A stretch of DNA of 64,000 bases from positions 11 through 64,010 of the forward strand of contig JAEYPH010000036.1 of the NCBI GenBank assembly GCA_023410875.1, read 5' to 3'. Made by a program: the position numbers and the translations under genes. The notes below the pieces were generated by a model, which was not told the DNA's origin, did no database searches, and worked only from the letters and a program-made list of their open reading frames with translations. This DNA comes from Bacillota bacterium. GTDB taxonomy: Bacteria; Bacillota; Clostridia; Christensenellales; UMGS416. Of this stretch, positions 6,901-16,424 are shown piece after piece (positions within the stretch are counted from its first letter, which is position 1; every line of letters starts with the position of its first letter).

Positions 6901-8613
6901 TTAGTCGGCCACGGTGACGTTGTAGCCGGCGTCACGCAGCAGCTGGCGGGCAGCTTTGCAGTCGGCGGCGTAGTCATCGGAGATGCCGATCAGGTTGCCA
7001 GCGTTGCCCTGGAAGTCAGAGCCATCGGCATCGGGCACGCCCGGGGGCACGAAGCCCTTGGCCGGAATGGCGCTGTTCTGGGCCACATCGATAACGCTCA
7101 GGCGGTCGATGGCGAAGGACAGAGCCTTGCGGAAGTTGAGGTCCTTCAGGGCTTCGATGTCACTGTTCATGTTGATGACATAGAAATAGGTGCCCATGGT
7201 GGCCTTCAACTGGTAGAAACCGGCGTCCTTCATGCGCTGGGTCTCGGCCGGCGGGAAGGATTCGGTGAGGTCCAGTTCGCCGGCTTCGAAGGCGGCCAGG
7301 AAGGCGGCGTCGTCGTTGCCGAGCTTGTAGTTGAGGGTCAGATCGCTGACGTTGGCAGCGTTCCAGTAGGTGTCGTTCTTGACCAGAACCAGTTCGCTGT
7401 TCAGGTCAAACTTGCTGACCTTGCGGGGGCCGTTGACGACGTAGGAGGCGGGATCGGTGGCCCACTTTTCCTTGTACTTTTCGACGATGTCCTTACGGAC
7501 GGGGGACAGCGTGGGGAACGCGGTCAGCTGCGTGAAGTAGTTCGTGGGGCCTTCCAGCGTCACTTCCAGCGTCTTGTCGTCCTTGGCCACGACGCCCAGC
7601 TCTTCGGGCTTCATCTCGCCATTGGTGATCTTCTGGCCGTTCTTCACGTACCAGACCTGATAAGCGTACTCGCACTCGGAGGCGGGATCGACAGCGCGCT
7701 GCCAGGCATACACGAAGTCGCCGGCCACAACGGGCTTGCCGTCGGACCACTTGGCGTCACGCAGGTGGAAGGTCCAGGTCAGGCCGTCGGCGGAAACATC
7801 CCACTTCTCGGCCACGCCGGGCACGATGCCGCCGGTCTTGTCCTTGGCGGTCAGGCCTTCGAAGGTCTGCTGCACGACGTTGGCGCCGCTGGTGTCGTTG
7901 TTGAGCTGCGGGTCGATGGTCTTGATCTCACCGATGCCGTAGTTGACGGTCTTGCTCTCGCTGGTGGCCCAGGTGAAGATCAGGTTGCCCAGCAGCGTGT
8001 CGTGGACGGTGTCCTTGACCTTGCCGTTGTCGAGATACTGGTTGGTATAGTGATAGATCGGGATGATGGGCAGATCGGCCATGATGGTCTTCTCCGCCTC
8101 GTGCATGGCGTCCATGCGAACCTTCTGGTCGAAGGAATCCTTGGCGGTCTTGATCAGCTCATCGTACTTGGGGTTGTTGTACTTGGCGTCGTTCTGGCCG
8201 CTGTTGGAAACCCACATGTCCAGGAAGGTCATCGGGTCCACATAGTCGCCCAGCCAGCCGTGGCGGGAGATCTCGTAGTTGCCCTTGGTGCGGTTGTCCT
8301 GCAGCGTGGCGAAGTCCTGGTTCTCCAGAGTGACTTCCAGACCCAGAGCGGTCTTCCACATGGCCTGAATGGCCTCGGCGATGGCCTGGTGGCCAGCGTT
8401 GGTGTTGTAGACCAGGGTCAGCTTGGGGAGTTCCTTGAGCTCGGCCGGTGTGGGCGTCGCTTCAGGGGTGGCGGTGGCTTCGGGTGTGGCCGTTGCCTCG
8501 GCGGTGGTCGCGGCGGCGGACGAGGGGGCCGTGCTAGCGGCGGGACCCTGGCAGCCGACGAGAGCGCCTGCGAGCATCAGCAGCGAAACCGAGAGAGCCA
8601 GCAGTTTCTTCAT
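6901..8613 (-). CDS. ABC transporter substrate-binding lipoprotein, family 5 (peptide/nickel, OppA/DppA/NikA type)
   Basis: MKKLLALSVSLLMLAGALVGC lipobox, then a Thr/Ala/Pro/Glu linker with the tandem EATATPEATATPEATPTP, then a typical SBP_bac_5 body. AAGGAGGAAG RBS. Confidence 0.9.
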   Translation of the reverse strand: MKKLLALSVSLLMLAGALVGCQGPAASTAPSSAAATTAEATATPEATATPEATPTPAELKELPKLTLVYNTNAGHQAIAEAIQAMWKTALGLEVTLENQDFATLQDNRTKGNYEISRHGWLGDYVDPMTFLDMWVSNSGQNDAKYNNPKYDELIKTAKDSFDQKVRMDAMHEAEKTIMADLPIIPIYHYTNQYLDNGKVKDTVHDTLLGNLIFTWATSESKTVNYGIGEIKTIDPQLNNDTSGANVVQQTFEGLTAKDKTGGIVPGVAEKWDVSADGLTWTFHLRDAKWSDGKPVVAGDFVYAWQRAVDPASECEYAYQVWYVKNGQKITNGEMKPEELGVVAKDDKTLEVTLEGPTNYFTQLTAFPTLSPVRKDIVEKYKEKWATDPASYVVNGPRKVSKFDLNSELVLVKNDTYWNAANVSDLTLNYKLGNDDAAFLAAFEAGELDLTESFPPAETQRMKDAGFYQLKATMGTYFYVINMNSDIEALKDLNFRKALSFAIDRLSVIDVAQNSAIPAKGFVPPGVPDADGSDFQGNAGNLIGISDDYAADCKAARQLLRDAGYNVTVAD

Positions 8614-8674
8614 TGGACTTCCTCCTTGAGTTTTTTATGCAAAAGGTTTCCCTTAGGCATTCGCGTTGTTGTGG

Positions 8675-9652
8675 TCACTTGACCATGTGGCAGGCCACCA
8701 GGTGGTCCTCACCGTGGGCCACCAGCGGCGGCATTTCCTTGTGGCAGATGTCGCCGGCATATTGGCAGCGGTTCACAAAGGGGCATCCCGGCGGTGGATC
8801 GATGGGGGTGGGCACGTCGCCCTGCAGAATCACGCGCTGGCGGCGGGCTGCCTCGTCGGGGTCGGGAATCGGTATGGCCGACAGCAGCGCCTGCGTATAG
8901 GGATGCAGGGGCTTGGCATACAGCTCCTTGCTGGGCGCGATCTCCATGATATGTCCCAGATACATGACGCCCACGCGGTCGGAGATGTGCTGTACCATGG
9001 ATAGGTCATGGGCGATGAACAGGAAGGTAAGGCCCATGTTGCGCTGCAGGTCTTGCAGCAGGTTGATAACCTGGGCCTGGATGCTGACATCCAGCGCGGA
9101 GATCGGCTCGTCGCACACGATGAAATCGGGGCTCACGGCCAAGGCGCGGGCGATGCCGATGCGCTGGCGTTGGCCGCCGGAGAATTCGTGGGGATATCGG
9201 TTGGCGTGCTCCTCGTTGAGGCCCACGCTGCGCAGCAGCTCGATGACACGCTCTTGGCGCTCGGTGCCCTTGGCTAGCTTGTGGATATCCAGCGACTCGC
9301 TGACGATATCGGTGACGGTCATGCGAGGGTCCAAGGACGCGTAGGGATCCTGAAAAATGATCTGCATCTTGCGACGGTACTGAAACAGTTGCCTCTCGCC
9401 CAAGTGGGCGATGTCCGTACCGTCAAAAAAGATCTTGCCCGCTGTGGGCTGATACAGGCGGATGATCGTGCGGCCCACGGTGGTTTTGCCGCAGCCGGAC
9501 TCGCCCACCAGGCCAAAGGTCTCGCCCTTGTAGATCTGGAAGGACACATCATCCACAGCCTTGAGCATGCGGGGCCGGCCCAAGCCTCCGCCTACTTTAA
9601 AGTATTTTTTCAGGTTTTGGACCTCTATTAGGGCCTGCTTTTGCTTAGCCAT
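8675..9652 (-). CDS. Opp/Dpp-type ABC transporter ATP-binding protein (OppF-like)
   Basis: Walker [10 protein letters not shown], signature FSGGQRQR, Walker [14 protein letters not shown]-terminal oligopeptide-transporter extension. Confidence 0.92.
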   Translation of the reverse strand: MAKQKQALIEVQNLKKYFKVGGGLGRPRMLKAVDDVSFQIYKGETFGLVGESGCGKTTVGRTIIRLYQPTAGKIFFDGTDIAHLGERQLFQYRRKMQIIFQDPYASLDPRMTVTDIVSESLDIHKLAKGTERQERVIELLRSVGLNEEHANRYPHEFSGGQRQRIGIARALAVSPDFIVCDEPISALDVSIQAQVINLLQDLQRNMGLTFLFIAHDLSMVQHISDRVGVMYLGHIMEIAPSKELYAKPLHPYTQALLSAIPIPDPDEAARRQRVILQGDVPTPIDPPPGCPFVNRCQYAGDICHKEMPPLVAHGEDHLVACHMVK

Positions 9653-10671
9653 CAGACACGTGCTCCTTTAAGATATCCCTCGGGCTTGGGGGCTTCGGGG
9701 TGCGTCAGCCAGCATGCGGCCCGATGTCCGGGAGAGACTTCGATGAGATCCGGGCACTGGTTGCGGCACAGGCGCATGGCGTACTGGCAGCGGTCGGCGA
9801 AGGGGCAGCCCTTGGGCGGAGCGATCAAATCCGGCGGCTGGCCGTCGATGGGCACCAGGCGTGACTTGTGCTCCGTGTTGATCTTGGGGATGGATTTAAG
9901 CAGGCCTTGGGTGTAGGGGTGGGCAGCGTGATAAAAAATGTCGCGCTTCTCACCCTCTTCAGCGATGATGCCGGCATACATGACCTTGATGACGTCACAG
10001 AAGTCGGCGATGACACCCAAGTCGTGGCTCACGAGGATGACCGAGGTGTTCACCTTGGCACGCAGATCCTTCATAAGCTCCATGATCTGTGCCTGAATCG
10101 TAACGTCCAGCGCCGTGGTGGGCTCGTCGGCCAGCAGCAGCAAGGGGTCGCAGGCCAGAGCCATGGCGATCATGACGCGCTGGCGCATGCCGCCGCTGAA
10201 TTCGAAGGGATACTGCTTGACGCGGTCGGCTGGGCTGGGGATGCCAACCATCTCCAGCAGCTCGATCGAACGGTCCAGCGCCTGTTTCTTGCTCATTTGC
10301 TTGTGCAGCCGCAGCGACTCGGAAATCTGGTTGCCCACGGTATAGGTCGGGTTCAGCGACGTCATGGGGTCCTGAAAGATCATCGAAATGTCGTTACCGC
10401 GGATGGAGCGCATTTCCTTATCGGTCTTTTTCATCAGGTCCTGCCCCTGGAAGCTGATGCTGCCTTCCACGATGCGGCCGGGGTTGGGCACCAGGCGCAG
10501 GATGGACAGGCTCATGACGCTTTTACCGCAGCCGGATTCGCCGACCAAACCCATTGTCTGGCCGCAGTTGAGATCCAGATCCACGCCGCGCACGGCCTGC
10601 ACCACACCAGATGGCGTGAAGAATGATGTCTTGAGTCCCTTTATCTGTAAAAGCGGTTGATTGTTGCTCAT
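9652..10671 (-). CDS. Opp/Dpp-type ABC transporter ATP-binding protein (OppD-like)
   Basis: [29 protein letters not shown]; C-terminal Cys-containing extension (CPFADRC). Confidence 0.92.
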   Translation of the reverse strand: MSNNQPLLQIKGLKTSFFTPSGVVQAVRGVDLDLNCGQTMGLVGESGCGKSVMSLSILRLVPNPGRIVEGSISFQGQDLMKKTDKEMRSIRGNDISMIFQDPMTSLNPTYTVGNQISESLRLHKQMSKKQALDRSIELLEMVGIPSPADRVKQYPFEFSGGMRQRVMIAMALACDPLLLLADEPTTALDVTIQAQIMELMKDLRAKVNTSVILVSHDLGVIADFCDVIKVMYAGIIAEEGEKRDIFYHAAHPYTQGLLKSIPKINTEHKSRLVPIDGQPPDLIAPPKGCPFADRCQYAMRLCRNQCPDLIEVSPGHRAACWLTHPEAPKPEGYLKGARV

Positions 10672-10687
10672 GATTCCTCCCGGTGCC

Positions 10688-11680
10688 CTACTTGCGCATG
10701 TGCGGATCCAAAGCGTCCCGCAGGCCGTCGCCCATAATATTGAATGACAGAATTGTGATGGAGATGGCCGCGACCGGGAACAGCAGCTGATAGGGGAAGC
10801 TGCGCAGCGAACCCATGGCGCTGCTGGCCAAGGAGCCCCAACTGGACATTGGGGCGCTGACGCCCAGGCCGATGAAGCTCAGGAAGGCCTCGGTGAAGAT
10901 GGCCGAGGGGATGGACATCATGACCATGACGATGATCTGGCCGATGACATTGGGCACCAGGTGGCGCAGGATGATGCGCATGGTGCCGGCGCCCTGGGTC
11001 TTGGCGGCGAGGACGAACTCCTGGCCCTTTAGCTGGAGCACCTGGCCGCGGATCATGCGGGCCATGCCCACCCAGTAGACCATGCCCAGCACCAGGAAGA
11101 TCATGAAAAGATCCGGCCCGATGCCGCTGAACGGTTTCAGGAAAGCCGACTTTTCAAAGGCATCCTCCATACCCGTCTTGAGCGTGACGCGCAGCAGAAT
11201 AACGTACAACAGCAGCGGCACAGCATACAGAATATCCACAATACGCATCATAAAGTTGTCGAGCTTGCCGCCATAGTAGCCGGAAAGGCCGCCGTACAGC
11301 ACGCCGATGGTCAGGTTGATGATGCTGGCCACGATGCCGATGGACAGCGAAATGCGCGCGCCGTAGATGACGCGAATGAACAGATCGCGGCCCAGATTGT
11401 CGGTGCCGAAGATGTGCTGCAGCGTAGGCGCCATGTTGCGATAGGTGCGGTCCTGCTGATCGTAGGTATAGGGATAGAAGAACGGTATCACGACGGCTGC
11501 GACGAAGATCACGATGAGTACGATGGATGAGATCATCGCGGGCTTATGACGGGCAAAACGCCGGCGGGCATCCTTCCAATACGTCACAGAAGGGCGCACA
11601 GCGCCAAACTTCTGCTTTTCGTCCTCTGGAAGGGGTTCAAATAGGGTGGGATCGATCTGCATGTTACTCCTCCTTGCCAC
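10688..11680 (-). CDS. Opp/Dpp-type ABC transporter permease (OppC-like)
   Basis: BPD_transp_1-type permease with N-terminal OppC-like extension; multiple TM segments. Confidence 0.9.
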   Translation of the reverse strand: MARRSNMQIDPTLFEPLPEDEKQKFGAVRPSVTYWKDARRRFARHKPAMISSIVLIVIFVAAVVIPFFYPYTYDQQDRTYRNMAPTLQHIFGTDNLGRDLFIRVIYGARISLSIGIVASIINLTIGVLYGGLSGYYGGKLDNFMMRIVDILYAVPLLLYVILLRVTLKTGMEDAFEKSAFLKPFSGIGPDLFMIFLVLGMVYWVGMARMIRGQVLQLKGQEFVLAAKTQGAGTMRIILRHLVPNVIGQIIVMVMMSIPSAIFTEAFLSFIGLGVSAPMSSWGSLASSAMGSLRSFPYQLLFPVAAISITILSFNIMGDGLRDALDPHMRK

Positions 11681-12602
11681 CGGTCAGCTTGATGCGCGGA
11701 TCGATGAAGCCGTAGGCAATGTCAACCAGGAAATTCAGGAAAATCAGAAGCGCGGCGTCCAGTATCGTGACGCCCATGATCATCGTGTAGTCACGGTTGG
11801 TGATGCTGTCTACGAAGAATTTGCCCATGCCTGCGATGCTGAACAGCTGCTCGATGACGAAGGAGCCGGTCAGCAGGCCGGAAAGCATGGGGCCCATATA
11901 CGTGACTACGGGGATGAGCGCGTTCTTGAGCGCGTGCTTGCCGATGACGCGGAACTCGGACAGGCCCTTGGCCCGGGCGGTGCGGATGTAATCCTGGCGC
12001 GTGACATCCAGCATGGAGGAGCGGGTCAGGCGCGTGATGAAGCTCAGCGAATAGGCGGACAGCGCGACCACCGGCAGCACCAGCGTCATCGGATTGGTCA
12101 TCTTGCCTGAGAGCACGGGGAACCAGCCCAACGATACGCAGAACACATAGATGAGTAGAATGGCAATAACGAAATTGGGAATCGTAACGCCCAGCGTCGT
12201 CAGCAGCATCGTCGTGTAATCCTGCCATTTGTTCTGTTTAAGCGCAGAAAAAACACCCAGCGGCACGGCTATGAGCAGTGTGAGAAGAGCTGCCAATACG
12301 CCCACACGGGCGGTGACGGGCAGGCCCTGCACGATGATCTCGGTGACGGAACGGCCCTTCACGCGGAAGGACGGGCCGAAGTCACCGTGGAATATGCCGA
12401 CCATGTAGTCGCCGAATTGCTTGATCAGAGGGTCATTGAGGTGATACTTCGCTTCCAGCGCCCGCAAAATTTCGTCGGGCAGCTTCTTCTCGCCGGCGAA
12501 AGGACCGCCGGGAATGCTGTGCATGAGTACGAAGGTCAATGCGGTGATGACAAATAAAGTCAGTATCATGGCAAGGAAGCGCTGTAACGTGTATTTTAGC
12601 AA
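11664..12602 (-). CDS. Opp/Dpp-type ABC transporter permease (OppB-like)
   Basis: MLKYTLQRFLAMILTLFVITALTFVLMHSIPGGPF is a typical OppB/DppB N-terminus; overlaps the next permease gene by 17 nt. Confidence 0.9.
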   Translation of the reverse strand: MLKYTLQRFLAMILTLFVITALTFVLMHSIPGGPFAGEKKLPDEILRALEAKYHLNDPLIKQFGDYMVGIFHGDFGPSFRVKGRSVTEIIVQGLPVTARVGVLAALLTLLIAVPLGVFSALKQNKWQDYTTMLLTTLGVTIPNFVIAILLIYVFCVSLGWFPVLSGKMTNPMTLVLPVVALSAYSLSFITRLTRSSMLDVTRQDYIRTARAKGLSEFRVIGKHALKNALIPVVTYMGPMLSGLLTGSFVIEQLFSIAGMGKFFVDSITNRDYTMIMGVTILDAALLIFLNFLVDIAYGFIDPRIKLTGGKEE

Positions 12603-13022
12603 GGAATGTGCCCCCCGTTCTGTCGCGCAACCGCCATGTAAACATATGAGGATATGGCATTGCGATTTGCGATGTTCGACATACAGAGTATCATAATTTA
12701 CACTTTACATCAATATGCAATGACGTCTATTTTTCATTGCGTTTTTTGTTGGGTAAATAAATTATGCTAACCCAGGTATATTCGGTTTTTAAGCTGACGG
12801 ATGAAAGAATGCTGGGAATTTTTAGTACGTTTGGCCAACTCAACAGCTATGGAAATGCGCATATTGGTTTATATTATTGCAGCGTCGTTTATATTATGCA
12901 ACAATTTGCAGGCAAAGAGCTTGTTTCTTTCATATTATAAGCAAAAACCTGCATAGCGCAAAGGGCGATTTTGTGATACTGTCACAGGGTGAGGACAATG
13001 TTATCTATACCTTGGAGGGAAA

Positions 13023-13919
13023 ATGAAACAGGCGGAATTGCACATCGTCGCCGGCTTTCTTGGATCGGGAAAGACGACATTCTTGCAAAAACTGCTAAGA
13101 ACCGCCGACGTCGCTGCGCGCGTGGCCATATGCGAGAATGAGTACGGCGAAGTGGGGCTGGACGGCCTGGAGCTCAAAAGCGATCGCTTCGAGCTGCTTG
13201 AGCTCAACGCCGGCTGCATCTGCTGCACGCTGGGACCATCTCTGGTGGCGGGGCTCAAGATGCTGTGCGCGCGCTTCCATCCCGACCAAATCGTACTGGA
13301 GCCCACGGGGCTGGCGGGGCTGGCAGACATCCGCGAGGTGCTCAGCGACTCCGGCCTGCAAAAGCTGCTGAATGTGAAAGCGGCGCTGGCCGTCATCAGT
13401 GGTCAGGCCTTTGAGCACGACATGCCGCGTTTTGAGAAGTATTACCGCGACATGATCGCATCGGCCTCCTGTGTGTATCTGAACCGCACCGAGGGCATGA
13501 CACCCGAGAGCCGCGAGGAGTTGCTGGGCTTCATACTGGAGCACAACTTCCATGCGCCGATCCTGGAAGATCCGCTGGACGAGGCCGACCTGTGGGCGGC
13601 GCTGAACCGTTCGGTGCTGCCGCCCAACGGGGAGCCGCAGCCCCGCCGGTGGCTGTCCACCTTCAAAGAGACGGCGGTGCCCACCGGGTGGACGGGTTCC
13701 CGCGAGAGGTTGGAAGCCTTCTTTGCAGGAAACCACCAGTGCGGAGACATCCTGCGGGCCAAGGGTTTCGTCATGGACGCCGAGGGAACACTGTGGCGCG
13801 CCGACTACGCCGGCGGCGGGCTGGAACTCCGGCCTGCCTGGGACCAAACCGTGGAGTGGGTGCAGTTCGTGGGCCGCAATCTTGCCGTACCAAAGCTCAA
13901 AGCCTTTTTTGAACATTGA
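13023..13919 (+). CDS. COG0523 (CobW/YjiA/ZigA-like) G3E-family metallochaperone GTPase
   Basis: P-loop GFLGSGKTTF, CxCC motif GCICCTL, CobW_C-like C-terminus (ILRAKGFV...); GGAGGGAAA RBS. Confidence 0.88.
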   Translation: MKQAELHIVAGFLGSGKTTFLQKLLRTADVAARVAICENEYGEVGLDGLELKSDRFELLELNAGCICCTLGPSLVAGLKMLCARFHPDQIVLEPTGLAGLADIREVLSDSGLQKLLNVKAALAVISGQAFEHDMPRFEKYYRDMIASASCVYLNRTEGMTPESREELLGFILEHNFHAPILEDPLDEADLWAALNRSVLPPNGEPQPRRWLSTFKETAVPTGWTGSRERLEAFFAGNHQCGDILRAKGFVMDAEGTLWRADYAGGGLELRPAWDQTVEWVQFVGRNLAVPKLKAFFEH

Positions 13920-13984
13920 AAAACATGGATGGCGGAATCTGACGGAAGGACAATTAACCGGAAGTGAAAGCGTAAAACCCGTTC

Positions 13985-14012
13985 TTGCATGGCCGGTGGA
14001 TTATGATATACT
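13985..14012 (+). promoter_or_regulatory. sigma-A-type promoter of the ilv leader, TTGCAT-16-TATACT
   Basis: TTGCAT 13985-13990, TATACT 14007-14012, about 30 nt upstream of the T-box leader. Confidence 0.5.
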
Positions 14013-14040
14013 GTTTTCAATCTTCAATCCAATTTGAGCA

Positions 14041-14407
14041 AAGGCGATGACGAAGCGAGCGCGGGTGGTTTGAGCCACAGAGAGCCGGCGGCAGGTGGAA
14101 GCCGGCGCCAGACACCCACAAGCGCCAGTCCCTTCAGAGCCTGCGTCCTGAAACATACGACGGCAAATAAACATCGTCTATCCAAATGTTTATTTGACGT
14201 TGTAACCCCTTAAGGGGTGGCAGCTAAATGTTGCCACATTTAGCTGCCGGGGTAAAGAGAGTAGGGAGCACGGGGGGCCCGTTACAGCCGCACGGTTTTC
14301 CGGCCTTTGGCCGATGAACCGCAGAGATGCCGCAAGGACAGCGGCAAGTAGAGTGGTACCGCGAGGGCAACCCCGCCTCTATGACATTCATGGAGGCGGG
14401 TTTTTTA
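14041..14407 (+). promoter_or_regulatory. T-box riboswitch leader (transcription attenuation type) upstream of ilvNCDB
   Basis: GA/K-turn-like GATGACGAAG (~14045), AGAGAG bulge motif 14079-14084, distal-loop GCAGGTGGAA 14091-14100, F-box CCGTTA 14279-14284, T-box sequence GAGTGGTACCGCGAG 14351-14365, then terminator CCGCCTC-N13-GAGGCGG plus T6 (14372-14406). The specifier codon could not be assigned with confidence. Confidence 0.8.
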
Positions 14408-14566
14408 TACCCATCGGACCAAAACAACAGCATGGGATGGATAATATAGAACCGACGGCGGTTCACCCGACGGAAGGAACACAGAACTTATGCAAGGTAG
14501 TGAAAAGGACTCGCCCACAGGCGTTCTCTCGTTCCTTAGAAGATGGGAAAGGGACTAAAGCCGAAG

Positions 14567-14598
14567 TACCGCTTGCCGACGGTTATCGGCAAGCGGTA
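14567..14598 (-). repeat. hairpin carrying the conserved 16-mer GCCGATAACCGTCGGC (inverted copy)
   Basis: TACCGCTTGCCGA-CGGTTA-TCGGCAAGCGGTA, 13-bp perfect stem. Same 16-nt core as the hairpins at 31671 and 58035. Confidence 0.6.
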
Positions 14599-14670
14599 AG
14601 GAGAGAGCAAGAACAGGAAGGCTGAATCGCCGAGGCGCAACAGCGCCGATGGCGAAAGGGAGGCGATAAA

Positions 14671-15171
14671 ATGCAGAGAAGACTGGTCTCGCTGGTCGTC
14701 AACAACCAGCCCGGCGTGCTGACCCGCGTGGCGGGGCTGTTCACCCGCCGGGGCTACAACATCGACAGCCTGACCGTCAGCGCGACCCAGGAGCCGGCGC
14801 TTTCGCGCATCACCGTGGTTGTGACCGCCGACGAGAGCATGCTGCAGCAGGTTGTGCGCCAGGTGGAAAAGCTCATCGACGTGCGCGTGGTGCAGGTGCT
14901 GGACGACGCACCGGTGACCCGCGCCGAAGTCGCGCTGTTCAAGGTGCGCCAGAGCGCCGATCAATCGCTCATGGACATCGTGAACGCCAGCCACGCCGCG
15001 ATCGTGGACATGGGCGAACGCACGGTGACGATACGGGCCACCGGCTCCCTGGAGGAGATCGACGCGCTGGTGGCGCGCCTGGAGGCTTTTGGCATAGAGG
15101 AGATGGCACGCTCGGGCCTGGTGGCCCTGGGCCGCGGCGACGGTGTGCTGGCGCCCATATGCACGGCGTAG
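14671..15171 (+). CDS. ilvN: acetolactate synthase small (regulatory) subunit
   Basis: ACT-domain N-terminus RLVSLVVNNQPGVLTRVAGLFTRRGYNIDSLTV; AAAGGGAGG RBS. Confidence 0.92.
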   Translation: MQRRLVSLVVNNQPGVLTRVAGLFTRRGYNIDSLTVSATQEPALSRITVVVTADESMLQQVVRQVEKLIDVRVVQVLDDAPVTRAEVALFKVRQSADQSLMDIVNASHAAIVDMGERTVTIRATGSLEEIDALVARLEAFGIEEMARSGLVALGRGDGVLAPICTA

Positions 15172-15214
15172 TCCTGATTTTCCGATCCACATCCGACCAA
15201 TATTAGAAATATAG

Positions 15215-16222
<1,008 letters not shown>

Positions 16223-16233
16223 ACGCCAACCCT

Positions 16234-16327
16234 CCGCCGCCTGGCGGCGGCACCTCCCTTTGCAAGGGAGGTAGGGCTGATCCTTTCAGTCTCGGCCCCC
16301 TTGAAAAGGGGGCTGCCGCATAGCGGC
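16234..16327. repeat. four consecutive GC-rich hairpins in the ilvC-ilvD spacer
   Basis: CCGCCG-cctgg-CGGCGG (16234-50), ACCTCCCT-TTGCA-AGGGAGGT (16252-72), GCCCCCTT-gaa-AAGGGGGC (16295-313), GCCGC-ata-GCGGC (~16315-27). Confidence 0.5.
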
Positions 16328-16424
16328 TGGGGGTTTATCGCAAGCCCTGCCGTGGAATTCACCCGTGGGCGAGTTCCGAATCCGAAGTACACTATGCGCG
16401 TCTGACGCAGAAAGGCTGGTATCC

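Noticed and set aside
8430-8540. Tandem EATATPEATATPEATPTP repeat at the N-terminus of the SBP lipoprotein.
   Set aside because: It is an ordinary low-complexity Thr/Pro/Ala/Glu tether between the lipid anchor and the globular domain of Gram-positive lipoproteins.
6733-8682. Very long ORFs antisense to well-supported genes. Examples: 6733..8682 (+) opposite the SBP gene, 47686..49023 (+) opposite purA, 60082..62019 (-) opposite rpiR and the flavoprotein gene, 22436..23704 (-) opposite hisZ, 50638..51981 (+) opposite queG.
   Set aside because: They are typical stop-codon-poor shadow frames of a G+C-rich genome. Their products are low-complexity (Gly/Ala/Arg/His/Gln-rich) with no motifs, while the opposite strand encodes unmistakable family members.
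12972-12986. TGTGATACTGTCACA as a CRP/FNR-type site.
   Set aside because: The half-sites are separated by 5 nt rather than the 6 nt of the TGTGA-N6-TCACA consensus. I kept it only as an unassigned inverted repeat within the 12603-13022 finding.
14432-14449. Mini-ORF ATG GGA TGG ATA ATA TAG (MGWII) in the ilv leader, with two rare Ile codons, as a possible attenuation leader peptide.
   Set aside because: It has no Shine-Dalgarno sequence and no obvious alternative terminator/antiterminator pairing around it. The operon already has a T-box. Five codons could easily arise by chance.
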